A DNA stretch of 58,573 nucleotides from Octopus bimaculoides (GCF_001194135.2 NC_068986.1:17089960-17148532); one strand, 5' to 3'; numbered from the stretch's first letter, positions 24,624 to 38,074 are shown. Numbers and translations are program-made. The notes: generated by a model not told the origin, from the letters alone.

Positions 24624-25289
24624 TCGGTAGCAATGATGAACTTTGTAAGTTGGACAGCGGAAAATGGTTGCAAAATTGGGGCAGTAGAAGCGTATATGAC
24701 GATGTGGTCCATTAAGTGCATCTTTGCACGACATGCTTTTAATTTGGGAAACTAGTTAAACAGTTATCTTTGAACAGAATTTTGTCTGACGAAGACTTCT
24801 TAACTCAAGTTATCAAATTTAAAATCAGTGTCTGCGTTATATAAAAGTTCTCTGCTATATAACTGCGTCATTTATTCAAATGCAACTCTTATAATACGTG
24901 ATAAGAATACTATTTCAAATTTAAATATTATTACACTCGTATGCACTTGTGCATATATGTGTATGTGAATGGGTGAACGTCGCCTCGCGCTGTGTATGAT
25001 CACTAGAGTGGATTACGCGTTTAATTATATGGCGTTTGACACAGATTACATCGTACAGTAAAGTTTGTGTCTGGTTTTCCCTCGTGGCAAAATATAGAAA
25101 TGCATTAGCAAAATGTTGCGCTGGCAAATATTAATATTTGTAGTAGTATTTCAATTGCAATTGTAGCCGTTAAATATCTCAGTTTTCTGCCATAATATCA
25201 CCTTCTCTTTTTTTCTACTAGTCATTATCGTAACAACAACAATGATGATGATAATAATAAAAATAAAAATAAAAGTAAAAATAAAAATA

Positions 25290-25327
<38 letters not shown>

Positions 25328-25619
25328 AGTAATCGTGACACTCCCACCCACCAACAATACCAACACCATCATTGATTATTACCGTTATCATCATCATTTA
25401 TCCAATTTTCTCTTTCAGTATTTTCTCTCTTTTCAAATTATAGATTTAATTTCAAAGTATTACAAATCTAATCTCAATGTGCCTCAGGTGTCTACACATT
25501 AAATGCGTCTACATACACACACAGACACATACACAAACATACACTCACGCATACAAATAGAAAGACACATAAGTATGTATAGATATACATGTATTCATAT
25601 TATATGCCTTTGTCCATGT

Positions 25620-25667
<48 letters not shown>

Positions 25668-26238
25668 CAAATGATATATGAACATATGCATGTATACATA
25701 TATATATANNNNNNNNNNNNNNNNNNNNNNNNNNNNNNNNNNNNNNNNNNNNNNNNNNNNNNNNNNNNNNNNNNNNNNNNNNNNNNNNNNNNNNNNNNNN
25801 NNNNNNNNNNNNNNNNNNNNNNNNNNNNNNNNNNNNNNNNNNNNNNNNNNNNNNNNNNNNNNNNNNNNNNNNNNNNNNNNNNNNNNNNNNNNNNNNNNNN
25901 NNNNNNNNNNNNNNNNNNNNNNNNNNNNNNNNNNNNNNNNNNNNNNNNNNNNNNNNNNNNNNNNNNNNNNNNNNNNNNNNNNNNNNNNNNNNNNNNNNNN
26001 NNNNNNNNNNNNNNNNNNNNNNNNNNNNNNNNNNNNNNNNNNNNNNNNNNNNNNNNNNNNNNNNNNNNNNNNNNNNNNNNNNNNNNNNNNNNNNNNNNNN
26101 NNNNNNNNNNNNNNNNNNNNNNNNNNNNNNNNNNNNNNNNNNNNNNNNNNNNNNNNNNNNNNNNNNNNNNNNNNNNNNNNNNNNNNNNNNNNNNNNNNNN
26201 NNNNNNNNNNNNNNATATATATGTATATGTAAATATCA

Positions 26239-26300
<62 letters not shown>

Positions 26301-26356
26301 TTGTCTGTCTATCTATCTCTATGTCTCTCTCTATATGTATGTATTTAAACGTACAC

Positions 26357-26560
26357 CTATGTGTGTGTGTGCGTGTGTGTTATTGCACACGTTATAGGCG
26401 GGGACTCAGAGAATGCCCGCTGTTCCGATGTCGTGGGAAGGCGGCAACAAGAGAGAGTCTTATTAAAGAGGCTTTCAACATCTTCGTCCGCCATATTTTA
26501 ACTTCAAAGAACACTAGACGAGGTTACCTAGTGCTTAGGCGTTCTCACACACGATGCAAA
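26357..26560 (-). promoter_or_regulatory. CpG-rich island with YY1-type motif and a 45-aa ORF; possible promoter / first exon
   Basis: CCGCCATATT at 26488-26497 overlaps ATG (26494) of MADEDVESLFNKTLSCCRLPTTSEQRAFSESPPITCAITHTHTHT*; GC-box-like AGGCGGGG near 26396-26403; about 12 CpG in about 190 bp. Confidence 0.3.
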
Positions 26561-27779
26561 GGTCTTTTATTAACGCCACATGATATAATTCATGAAGTCC
26601 TCACATGTCCATAATCTGCTTTAGTTTTCTTCTCCGTATTTCTTTGGTTTTCTTCCAAAACGTCTTAATTTTTCTTGCTTTCTCTTATGCTCATGTGTTT
26701 TCCTGTCTTTTTTCTAGATTTTTCTCTAATTCTTTTTATGCCAGACTTTTGTAATTGCATAACACTACATGTACAGATACATAGAGACACACACGGACAC
26801 ACCCAATAGATAGAAAATCTAAGGTGTGTTCATCTGTAAAATCAACCTTAAATTCGTATTTCTTTTCAATATATATGTACGTATGCATATATTTATATCT
26901 TTCTCTCTCCTTCTCTCTCTCTCTCTCTATCTCTCCCTCCCTATATATGTATATATATANNNNNNNNNNNNNNNNNNNNNNNNNNNNNNNNNNNNNNNNN
27001 NNNNNNNNNNNNNNNNNNNNNNNNNNNNNNNNNNNNNNNNNNNNNNNNNNNNNNNNNNNNNNNNNNNNNNNNNNNNNNNNNNNNNNNNNNNNNNNNNNNN
27101 NNNNNNNNNNNNNNNNNNNNNNNNNNNNNNNNNNNNNNNNNNNNNNNNNNNNNNNNNNNNNNNNNNNNNNNNNNNNNNNNNNNNNNNNNNNNNNNNNNNN
27201 NNNNNNNNNNNNNNNNNNNNNNNNNNNNNNNNNNNNNNNNNNNNNNNNNNNNNNNNNNNNNNNNNNNNNNNNNNNNNNNNNNNNNNNNNNNNNNNNNNNN
27301 NNNNNNNNNNNNNNNNNNNNNNNNNNNNNNNNNNNNNNNNNNNNNNNNNNNNNNNNNNNNNNNNNNNNNNNNNNNNNNNNNNNNNNNNNNNNNNNNNNNN
27401 NNNNNNNNNNNNNNNNNNNNNNNNNNNNNNNNNNNNNNNNNNNNNNNNNNNNNNNNNNNNNNNNNNNNNNNNNNNNNNNNNNNNNNNNNNNNNNNNNNNN
27501 NNNNNNNNNNNNNNNNNNNNNNNNNNNNNNNNNNNNNNNNNNNNNNNNNNNNNNNNTATATATATATATATATGGTGGTAAAGATAGAGAAAGAAGGAGA
27601 GAGAGAGAGGGGGAGACTGGAAGGGGAGTGAGATATAATATGGACATGAACATATTGTGAAAGTGAGAACAAACGATTTTAAAACTGTTTGATATGAAAA
27701 CGCTGAATATTCTGGGAGTGTTTATTGAGCTTCCGATGATAAACATGCTTTTTATTTAGGTAATAATATGAACAATAAT

Positions 27780-27813
27780 TCTGTAGTAGTAGTAGTAGTA
27801 GTACTACTACTAC

Positions 27814-27855
<42 letters not shown>

Positions 27856-27902
27856 CAGTAGTAGTAGTTGTAGTAGTAGTAGTAGTAATNNNNNNNNNNA
27901 TA

Positions 27903-27933
<31 letters not shown>

Positions 27934-27965
27934 CGACGACGACGACGACGACGACGATGATGATG

Positions 27966-28035
<70 letters not shown>
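27780..28035. repeat. Compound (GTA/CTA)n, (TGA/CGA)n, (TAA)n array
   Basis: Direct inspection. Confidence 0.95.
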
Positions 28036-28879
28036 TAATAATTAATTCGTTTTATTTGCCACAAGGGCTAAAATCAATTAAAAACATGTAAGGACAAAGA
28101 CAGGACGAAGGTTACAAAAGGTTTTGTCCGAAAAGGTAGGAAAGTTCGTCTAAACAGAGGAAGAAAACGGAGAAAGATAATATGTAGGATTTCTATCACA
28201 AGAGAAAGTTGCTTGACTCTTCTGAAAAACCATTCAATATAAAAAGTAATAACTCAAGAACCAAGGAATGTCTAAAAACAGAAGAAGAAAAATGGCTAGG
28301 AGATTACGCAACTAAGACATTTTTCTAATTTATTATACAATTTATCATATAAGAAATATATATTAAGAGTATATAGTATTTTGTGATTTGGTGACCACTT
28401 GTTACCCAACTGTCGAAGAATTGTTTAAGCCAACACGGAGTTTATTCTGTTGCCTTGCAAATAAATATGGTAAGGAATATACGCTAAAGAAATTCATTAA
28501 TGATTAATGATTTCTTACTTTAATGATTTCGTACTTTAAATCTGAAGTACAAGAAATATTTATAGAATTTAGAACGAATTTAAAGGTAATGTTTAATTTG
28601 AATAGGACATTTAATTAAGCAAAATATATTCTCAAATATAACAAAGGAAATTGTATAAAAATTGAACAGAATCATGTATGAATAAATGTCAGAGGCGCAA
28701 GTAAAGAACAGAAAACAAAGAGTTGAAAATTTGATAAAAATATCAGGGTTTGGGGCGTAACCGTGAAACATAGGTGTAACTAGTGCAACACAATTAAAGT
28801 AAAAAAAATAAGAATGCACTATAAAACATTCTCGAACAATCACTGAATACTGACTAAAAAAAAAAAAAATCGGATTTGA

Positions 28880-29240
28880 GAACTGGCATTTCAAAAGATA
28901 GACCATGATCAGGAAAATCTAGAAAGGAAAATAATTAAAAGATTAAAATAAAAACCTTCATAAAAATTGACGTAAGTACCTTTCGAGGATAAAATTATCG
29001 ATAAAAGAAAAATAACATTAGAAAAATAAAGATGGAAACGAAATTAGCTGTCACAGGTTTAATGAAAACAGACACGAACATCAATATCACCAGATTAAAC
29101 GATGTACTTTATGCAGCAGTTACAGCGGTTAGAAAATTAAATAGGTATACGCTCACAAGTGCTTATATGACAACCAAAGACAACAGCAGTAAAAGTGGGA
29201 AAATAAAGGAAGGCTTTTCTGAATCTGAAATAAAACCATT
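28880..29240 (+). pseudogene. Possible R4-like retrotransposon N-terminal relic
   Basis: KDRP..; KLAVTGLMKTDTNINITRLNDVLYAAVTAVRKLN resembles the DITE.N.LIYAAA..V motif upstream of RT in R4-clade ORFs; weak. Confidence 0.35.
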
Positions 29241-29439
29241 AACGATAGGCTACAACTGTAAGAAGCGGAGCTGGGGTGAAGATATATATTTTGCTTTATC
29301 CTTTATCTGCATCAGTCATTGGACTGCGGCCTTGCTATGGCATCATTTTCAAAGACGTTTAGTGGAAGAGCTCGATTCCAGCAACTGCTTTGAGGTTTGG
29401 TACTTATTCTGTCACTTTCGGTTGCGGAACAGCTAAGAA

Positions 29440-29705
29440 TCGTGGACAGAAACAAAGCAACACCAGTTTCCAAACGACGTGGTTAGAAACACAAACAGAA
29501 ATATACACACGAACACACGTACATTTACAAACACACACACACCTGTGTAGGCTGGGCTTCCACACAATTTCTGTCGACCAAATTCTTTCATAAGGCATTG
29601 ATCAAGCGGAAGCTACTGCAGATGGCGCTCGTTTAAAGTTCTGCATAGTGAGATTGAACCAAAAAGCACGAGGTTCTAAGCGGAGTTTCTTAACTACTCA
29701 GTCAT
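29440..29705 (-). mobile_element. Old SINE family B-related copy
   Basis: Degenerate reverse complement of the B head/CORE (GGCTTCCACACAATTTCTGTCGACCAAATT..CATAAGGCATTGATC..GAGATTGAACC) plus a 3' body fragment. Confidence 0.6.
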
Positions 29706-29828
29706 GAAATATAAATATGAAATACCTGAAATTAAAGAACACCTTAACTAAATGACTCTCGCTAGATCGCAGTCAACCAGTCTGAAGAAAGAACGCTGTG
29801 TTCACAAATATATAAATAAGTCAACATA

Positions 29829-30290
29829 GGCGCAGGAGTGGCTGTGTGGTATGTAGCTTGCTCACCAACCACATGGTTCCGGGCTCAGTCTCACTGCGTG
29901 ACACCGTGGGCAAGTGTCTTCTACTATAGATTCCGGCCGACCAAAGCCGTATGAGTGGATTTGGTAGACGGAAACTGAAAGAAACCCGTCGTATATGTAT
30001 ATATATATATATGTATATGTTTGTGTGTTTTGTCTTTGTCTCCCTAATATCGCTTGACAACCGATGCTAGTGTGTTCATGATCTCGTGATTTAGCGGCTC
30101 GGCAAAAACGACCGATAGTACTAGGCTTATAAATGGTAAGTCCTGGGGTTGATTTGTTCGACTAACAGCGGTGTTCCGGCATGAAACATGTGTATGTGTG
30201 TATCTTTTTGTTTGTGTTTCTAACCACGTCGTTTGAAAACCGGTGTTGCTTTGTTTCTGTCCATGAATAAAAGAATAAAAAAAAAGAATA
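29829..30290 (+). mobile_element. SINE family B, full length, young
   Basis: GGCGCAGGAGTGGCTGTGTGG head, CORE-like ACACCGTGGGCAAGTGTCTTCTACTATAG, internal (TA/TG)n, 3' body and AAAAGAATAAA tail. Confidence 0.9.
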
Positions 30291-30932
30291 AATAAATATA
30301 ACATATTAAACATATCACTTTTTAAGCTTATCTTTACAAATTTTTAATTGAAATTACAGCCAATTCTGAAAGTTACGGCGTTTCATATACGAATATGTTT
30401 ATGTAAACAATGCGATCGAGCTCTAAATTCTGAAGAGTATCTGTTGAGATACGGTGAAAAGAATGATTGAACCGCGCCACTAACAGAACTGAATTACAAG
30501 ATTTTAATGTACTTGACAGCATATTATGGTTGCAGAACGAAATATGGAGCCCCTACCAGCAATTAGTAGTTAAAACACAATTTAACTCCAATCTCAGATG
30601 ATTTGGTAAAGGATTAAGTAGGCATGAAACAGGGAATCGATGAAAAGCACAGGACTCAAAGCTAAGACTAAATCAATTATCATTGTAGCATAGGACAGAA
30701 ACATTTTCGTTAAAAAAAATTACAAAAATAATTGTAATTAAGTTGAATAACTCGGCATCGCTGAGTGTCTGCATAATATGTGAAGCTTGGTTAGCAATAA
30801 TTAATCACATGGACTCGAAATATTCAGAGTTAGTCAAGAAAGAATACATCTTATAACAGAATTGAAGCTCTTATGCAATGGAATTGTATGATAGCATTGG
30901 GTAATCATGTGATCACGTGATTGACCAGACAG

Positions 30933-31223
30933 TGTCTTCAAAGGCAAATTATCCAAATCCTCAAAGAACTCCTCTCAACACATGGCTATGATGCTCTCCC
31001 AGCTACTTCTGCTTTTGATCAGAAATGCACCTAATCGTAAGCCACTAAGAGACATGCTCAACTGGTTAAGGTCAAACAAATGACAGACAAATCTTTGGTA
31101 TTGAGCAGAATATTTGCTGCAGCCCATCTTTTATAGCAAGGCAAAACAATGTACATGATAACACTTCCAATCACTTAAGATCAGAAGCCATGAGAACCAC
31201 TGACTGGTACTGCATCCGGGCAT
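30933..31223 (-). mobile_element. Interspersed repeat, 5' half (same family as 23310-23623 by recollection)
   Basis: Minus strand starts ATGCCCGGATGCAGTACCAGTCAGTGGTTCTCATGGCTTCTGATCTTAA; recognised from memory as an abundant octopus repeat. Confidence 0.5.
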
Positions 31224-31224
31224 T

Positions 31225-31315
31225 TATCATCATCATCGTCGTCATCGTCGTTGTCATTCTTCTTCTTCTTCTTCTTCTTCTTCTTCTTCTTCTTCTTCTT
31301 CTTCTTCTTCTTCTT

Positions 31316-31395
<80 letters not shown>

Positions 31396-31475
31396 CTTCA
31401 TCATCATCATCATCATTAGTAGTAGTAGTATAAATATTAGTAGCACTGTTACTACTACTGTTATTATTATTATTA
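31225..31475. repeat. Compound (TCA/TCG)n-(TCT)n-(TTA)n-(TCA)n-(TAG)n array
   Basis: Direct inspection. Confidence 0.95.
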
Positions 31476-31789
31476 TGTCGCTTTACATTATTACCGTTAA
31501 GGAAACAGGGAAAGAAGCAAGTTAACCAACTTCATAATTAGGAACGAAAATTAAAGATAACAGCAGCAACAACCAAAACAACAATTCCATAATCTCAAAG
31601 CTGCAAAAACGTTTTGTGTTTTCCTTAATGGATGATTTTTTTGTTTGTTATTTTTTTATCTTCATCATATTAATGATAGTTCAAAATTTGATGGTATTTT
31701 TGATGGTGGTGTTTCACGAGGACTGGTGTGCTGAGTGAGGAGACAGTTATAAGGGTTTGAGACGGTGTAAGGGTATGTGAGAGATAGTA

Positions 31790-32190
31790 GAGGTGTAAGA
31801 GAAAGAGAAAGGTAGGGAAGAAGAGGATGTGAAAGAAAAGAAACGAAAAGAAAAAAAATACGTTTGGTGGCGAGCGGCAGAGAAAATTGGGAACGGAGTG
31901 AATGGGGAAAATTACTGAGAAAGTAAAGCGGAAAGAGAAGTGAGAAAATGGGAACGAAGGATGCAGTAATATGAGGGGGAGAAAAGGAGAAATGAAGAGA
32001 GTGAGAGAGAGAGTAAGAGAGAGAGAGAGGAGGTGAGGAAGGGAGGATGGAACCGAGTGATGAAGGAAATTTTCAGAAACAGAAAGAATGAGGGAAATTG
32101 AAATAACAAGAGTGAAATCTGGAGAGACGAAAGAAGATATAGAGGGAATACTAAGAAATAATGAGAGAGAGAAAGAGAGAGAGAAAGAGT

Positions 32191-32230
<40 letters not shown>

Positions 32231-32270
32231 CAGAGAGAGAGAGAAAGATGGAGAGAGAGGGAGAAAGAAG
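31790..32270. repeat. GA-rich low-complexity purine tract
   Basis: Direct inspection; gives the 220-aa Ser/Leu/Phe minus-strand ORF. Confidence 0.85.
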
Positions 32271-32360
32271 ACTATGAAAACGATAAATACTGAATCCTTA
32301 AAGTGGCACATGATTATTAAATCAGAAAACAAGGAGTGTAATTCTATTAAATACTGAGAT

Positions 32361-32730
32361 GTGGAGGTACAATGGCCCAGTGGTTAGGGCAGTGGACTCG
32401 CGGTCGTAGGATCGTGGTTTCGATTCCCAGACCGGGCGTTGTGACTGTATATTGAGCGAAAACACTCAAAGCCACACGAAGCTCCGGCGAACCCTGCTAT
32501 ATTCTTTCACCATAACTTTCACTCTTTCTTCCTGTTTCTGTTGCACCTGTATTTCAAAGGGCCAGCTTTGTCACACGCTGGCTGTGTCACACTGAATCTC
32601 CCCGAGAACTAAGTTAAGGGTATATGTGTCTGTGGAGTGCTCAGCCACTTGCCCGTTAATTTCACCAGCAGGCTGTTCCGTTGATCGGATCAACCGGAAC
32701 CCTCGTCGTCGCAACTGATGGAGTGCCACG
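32361..32730 (+). mobile_element. SINE family C, full length
   Basis: A-box TGGCCCAGTGG, B-box GGTTTCGATTCCC; collinear with 39436-39870. Confidence 0.9.
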
Positions 32731-33049
32731 ATATACTGAGGCAGTGGTGTTTGATTGGAATGTATTTTGTCGATGCTGGATTAATTTCATAAATGGAGAG
32801 TTATAAAGCATTTGAATTTGAGCTCTCGATCACGTTTGCCAGATTTTGTATTGTGAAGGGTGATTTAGTCCATATTGTACTTCATCGTGTATGTTGTTCT
32901 TACATCAACTTCGCTTTGCCATTTATATCGTTTAGCTTTTTACATCTTACACTGGTTTCAGTCATTAGACTTTGGCCATGCTACGGCACCACTTTAAAGA
33001 ATTTTTTGTCAAATGAATCGGCTCAAGTACTTATATTTTGAAGCCTGAT

Positions 33050-33155
33050 GTATATTCTATCAGGCTCTTTCGCCGAACCGCTAGGTTATGGAGAGGTAAA
33101 CAAGACAACACCAGTTGTCAAGCCGTGCTGGAGGGACAAAACAGACATAAAGACA
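33050..33155 (-). mobile_element. SINE family B 3' body fragment
   Basis: CTCTTTCGCCGAACCGCTAGGTTA..ACACCAGTTGTCAAGC. Confidence 0.7.
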
Positions 33156-36100
33156 CACACGTACTCACACGCTCGCGCGCATCCACACAGAATGAAGGCA
33201 CTAGTTTACCAGGACGTAAGAAACCCAACATCGGGTTTGAAGCGATATAAAATAGCAAATACACTGCAAACACACACACACACACGCACACACATTGCCG
33301 TGGACAGCAACAACAGAAACAACAATACTTATGAATAGGGCTATGAAGGGGACAATACGTGACTGTTCAGTCATGGAGCTGAGAAGTTCGATGGAAAGTC
33401 GGTTGAAGATTCAACTCATATCGTGCTCTTTTAAGTAAAGAAAGCATTTGGGTAATGTAGTCGACGACATAAAAGGACGGGTAGATAACAGATGAATCTG
33501 CTTTAGCTCTGCTGAACCAAGTGTGATCAGAGGCTAAGTTACAAAGCAGCAAAAACCTTGAATCTAATATAAAGTTGTAGACAAACCCTTAACCCTTGAA
33601 AAGCGGATGTTATGAATTAATGTTTCAGAAGTCGCACCTGTATACTGCCATTATCAAAAGTAAGTGAATATCTTACAGTACGTTTTGATAATGAGACTGT
33701 AAAATTTATTGTGCGAGAGACTAACAGTTATTGTAGTTTTTGTACTTATTTAAATTGAAAATAAGTATAAAAAATGACCCTTTAGACAAAGAAGTGTTCT
33801 TTGTTGTTTGACCATTTGGCATACACATCCGCACAACTCTTTCCCGCCGTGTAAGGGTTAATATCCAATACTGACATACGTCTAAATATTTGTTTTGGAA
33901 GAGAGGAATATATCCCAGTATGTTGTTGGTATTTTCTATTTTTGTATTCTGAGGTGGACTGAAAGTCAAGATTCAGTTTGATAGTTCAGCTTTTAGCTCT
34001 GTATTCTAACTTTTCTATCGCAAAATTACATTTTCGGACGGATTCGGAGATGCATATAACGTTGACGCAATATCAGTAATTTACAGGGGTAAATTATAAG
34101 TGATTCAGCGAACTGTCACATTATAATACTGGTAGTAGTTTAATGGGTTTTACAGAGGTAAAACAAAATATTGACGACTAAGATTTCAAAGGAATATTTA
34201 TCAGGGAGTAACTAAATATTGCAAAGGATTAATCTGAATACATTACTGTTTATGTTGCTCGCCCTCGTTGAATGTATAAATGTTTTATATAAGTCACTAT
34301 AAATACTAGAGAGAAGAGAATATTCTTGAAGGTTCAAAAGAAAGGTATATGTCTGCTTGAAGCTTAAGTTTCTTTGCAGAGAGGTATGAAAAATAGGTTT
34401 CGTCTCTCCTTTTCACTCAGAGTGAACGAATTGAGTTTCTGGGGACAGTAGCTCCTGCGGCCAGAGGATGGCTCTGTTTCTCAACAATAATTCATTTTAT
34501 CGAGAGGTTTGTGTATTCACTTTCTTTCAAAATGCAAATTTAATTTCGAAAATGCTACACTGCACATTCCTCTTGATTTAAACGAATGACTACAATGTTT
34601 ATGTCTAACTATAAAAATGCTGGTGATCAAAACGATATAAGATTTTATTGCAGGGTCTTCTGATATTTCATCAGCTTTGCTTCCCATTTCTTTTGATAAG
34701 TATTTTCCATACTTTTAGTTCTGCTTCTACATTCGATTTAGGCTGTTTGCCTAGTGTTTATACATTTTAGATGTAGCTTGAAATTTGTAATTTTAAGCTA
34801 CGCATACAACTATAAATAACATTAATGGAATTTTCGTTGAAACACTTTTCACACCTATCTGAAGTGGGCATAGGAGATCTGATTAGAGTGAGGAAGACTT
34901 AGCTAAATTTCTGCATACATTTAAATTATAGGATGGATTAAAGCAGGTTATTTTTCTATTCTCACGTTTGATGTTTTTGATGTGTTTGAAGTATTTTGTT
35001 GCAGCTTGTTCAGAGTATTTCCTCTTGGTGTTAAAGCGATATCTATCTAGATTTCTTTTAGAATATGGAGTAGCTTACTGCATATTCCGTAAAGACTATT
35101 ACAACGCTTCTTCTTGTAAACATATCAACGGTGTGCTATAAATTCCGAAATTGAAACGAAACGAAAATAATGTACCATCAGCTTAAGGGAATACGCTTTA
35201 GGATATTATTTTGTAAAAGATATCTCATGTATGTAGAAGTAAATTATTTTTACTTGTCAAGCATTTTAGCAGAAAGGTTTTAAAAATACAGGAAAAATCC
35301 CCTTCAAATATTTTGGACGATAATGCATATGAAAATACCGAACGAAAGGAAAGATACGCTTGAAAATAAAGACATGTTTAAATATATATATATATATATA
35401 TATATANNNNNNNNNNNNNNNNNNNNNNNNNNNNNNNNNNNNNNNNNNNNNNNNNNNNNNNNNNNNNNNNNNNNNNNNNNNNNNNNNNNNNNNNNNNNNN
35501 NNNNNNNNNNNNNNNNNNNNNNNNNNNNNNNNNNNNNNNNNNNNNNNNNNNNNNNNNNNNNNNNNNNNNNNNNNNNNNNNNNNNNNNNNNNNNNNNNNNN
35601 NNNNNNNNNNNNNNNNNNNNNNNNNNNNNNNNNNNNNNNNNNNNNNNNNNNNNNNNNNNNNNNNNNNNNNNNNNNNNNNNNNNNNNNNNNNNNNNNNNNN
35701 NNNNNNNNNNNNNNNNNNNNNNNNNNNNNNNNNNNNNNNNNNNNNNNNNNNNNNNNNNNNNNNNNNNNNNNNNNNNNNNNNNNNNNNNNNNNNNNNNNNN
35801 NNNNNNNNNNNNNNNNNNNNNNNNNNNNNNNNNNNNNNNNNNNNNNNNNNNNNNNNNNNNNNNNTTGCATTTAATTATATATACTTGCATACACACTCAC
35901 ACACACACTCACACATATTATATGAACACACACACGCATACATACTACATGTGCACATCTTCCCCACAACCTCAGTAAGTTGCACGTTGCACTTGCCAAC
36001 CTCCGCTTTCAATTACCACGACATTTTCAATTTTTTGTATTTTCATCTCTTCACATCCAATTATTCTAAGTTTACCACTTGAAATGACACTCATTTCTCT

Positions 36101-38074
36101 CCTTCTTACTCTCCTTCTTACTCTCCCTCCTACTTCTCCTTGCATCTTACTCTCGGCCCGCACTTTCTAAATTTCACATCTCACCACGTTACTCTCTCAA
36201 ACACAGGCATGATCCCTCCTAATAATCTAAGTCGATTTCTTGGAACTCATCACTGTCCCCACTCTTCTTCTTCTTCTTCTTCTTCTTCTTCTTCTTCTTC
36301 TTCTTCTTCTTCTTCTTCTTCTTCTTCTTTCCCTCCTCCTCTCGTCATTATTGCAGTTTTGTTCTTGTTTTACAATAAAAATTTTAATATTTTTTTTTAA
36401 TATTTATTAAAAAGAAATTAAATCTGCACCTCTCTATTTCTCTCCTTCTTTCAGTATCTTTCCCTTCTATTTCTCACTGACTGACTCACTCACTCAGTCA
36501 CTCACTCACTCACTCACACTCTCTCTCTCTCTCTCTCTGTCTCTGTCTCTGTCTCACGTTGCTCTTACAAACATTTTTCTCCTTTCACATATCCTTGCTC
36601 TCCATCACTTGTATAATTACTGATATTTAAACTTTCACTTTCACTATCAGTTTTGAACAGTTGATTCAATTTTTCAAGTCGACTACATCTTCACAAGCTT
36701 CATATATTTCCCATTCACTTCAACTCTTTCGTTTCTTCACACGCATTCCTCAGACTCTTATTCCCAATTACTTCCACATTCACTATTTGACCTGTTTCCT
36801 TCCAAGCTTCACACATGCCATCCTCACTTCCATCTTACACCACATTCACCTTTCTAGTCATTCGTACAAACTAATTTGATTTTAGTGTTTGTCTTAAGAG
36901 GTCACACCTTTTTTTTCTCCTCTCTTCTTCCTGTATTTATTATTTTCTGAATTTTTATATTCTTTCATTTTGTTTTACGATTCTGTTGCTTTTAAACCAA
37001 TCCCAAAGTTACTCAGATATTCTCTATCTTTCACTCTTCAATTTCTTTATTTAAATTTAATCAATTCTATTCTCGAAGATTTATCTTCTAGAAGTTATCG
37101 ATTTCTTTCTGACTTGAAAAACTCAAACCAAAACAAACAAACAAAAAACAACGCAAAAATAAAACGTAAAAAAAAGTACTCAAAAATGTCACACGTTGGT
37201 ATTAATGGTTTGGTATGACAAAATAAGATGCAATGATGGTAAATCCACGAATTAAGATGTTATGGATGCTACAGTGTTGCCATACGCTATATCTTCCTAC
37301 TACCTGGCATTAAAAGAACGGTAAAATAGGTACGAACCATGAAGCGGCTGACAGCTTTTAAATTCGCATTTAAATGTTTGAAATCCAAATTCTGACGTGA
37401 TCAACTCTGAACCCCACGGGCATCGATAACATAATAGAGCGCCCGTTCTATAATGGATTTCAATTCGATCGATTATGCTGATGAAAGGGAGACCGTTGAT
37501 TATTATTGCAGTTATTGATTAGCCCCAAGTCGAATATGATCGATAAGATCTCATTCATTCAAATCAAGCCCATCCTGTATTTTTTCAGGAACAATCCAAC
37601 CCAAAATACATTATCCACTTTCAATTAATTAAATATTTTTTCTTTCCTTTTGCGCACAGCGTTAAATATATCTTCCTTTTAAATAATTGTCTGATTTCGT
37701 GTATACCATTGATCTATTTCGGTTATTTCCCTTAGCTTATATTAATTTTAGTTATGCAAATTCTGCTAACGAAAAATATATTCCTCTATCATTTTTATTA
37801 ATGTAAATCTCAATTCTCTGATCATTAGGTTCGGTTAAATTGCACTATATTGATGAGGACTAATAAACTCGAAACATGCCCATTGTTGTTCTTTACTGGT
37901 AAACAAAGATCAAAGCTTCCTTTCTATAAACATGTAAATTAACTTGAGACCTGCATGCTTAATTTTACGAAATAGTTTTCGCTTTCCTTTGAGACATGCT
38001 AATAGTTACTGCTACGTTGTTTGCTAACTGTCTGCAAATTAACATAAATTCCAATTACTTCATGTTTTTATCTT

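Noticed and set aside
30430-30460. CTGAAGA plus a perfect 6-bp hairpin and GAAA
   Set aside because: Three extra bases before GAAA and no stem I or III; not a supportable hammerhead.
30480-30700. Possible CR1-like peptide (YGC..IWSPYQ); also LQRF..SYH..GLFS on the minus strand at 49980-50090
   Set aside because: Similarity is limited to a few residues with frameshifts; needs a profile search.
32361-32435. tRNA-like cloverleaf heads (also 39436, 11050, 44730, 57735)
   Set aside because: Each continues into a SINE body and lacks a complete acceptor stem; these are SINE heads, not tRNA genes.
37185-37218. MSHVGINGLV resembling the GAPDH N-terminus
   Set aside because: Only about 10 codons, then a stop; no downstream GRIGR similarity; treated as chance.
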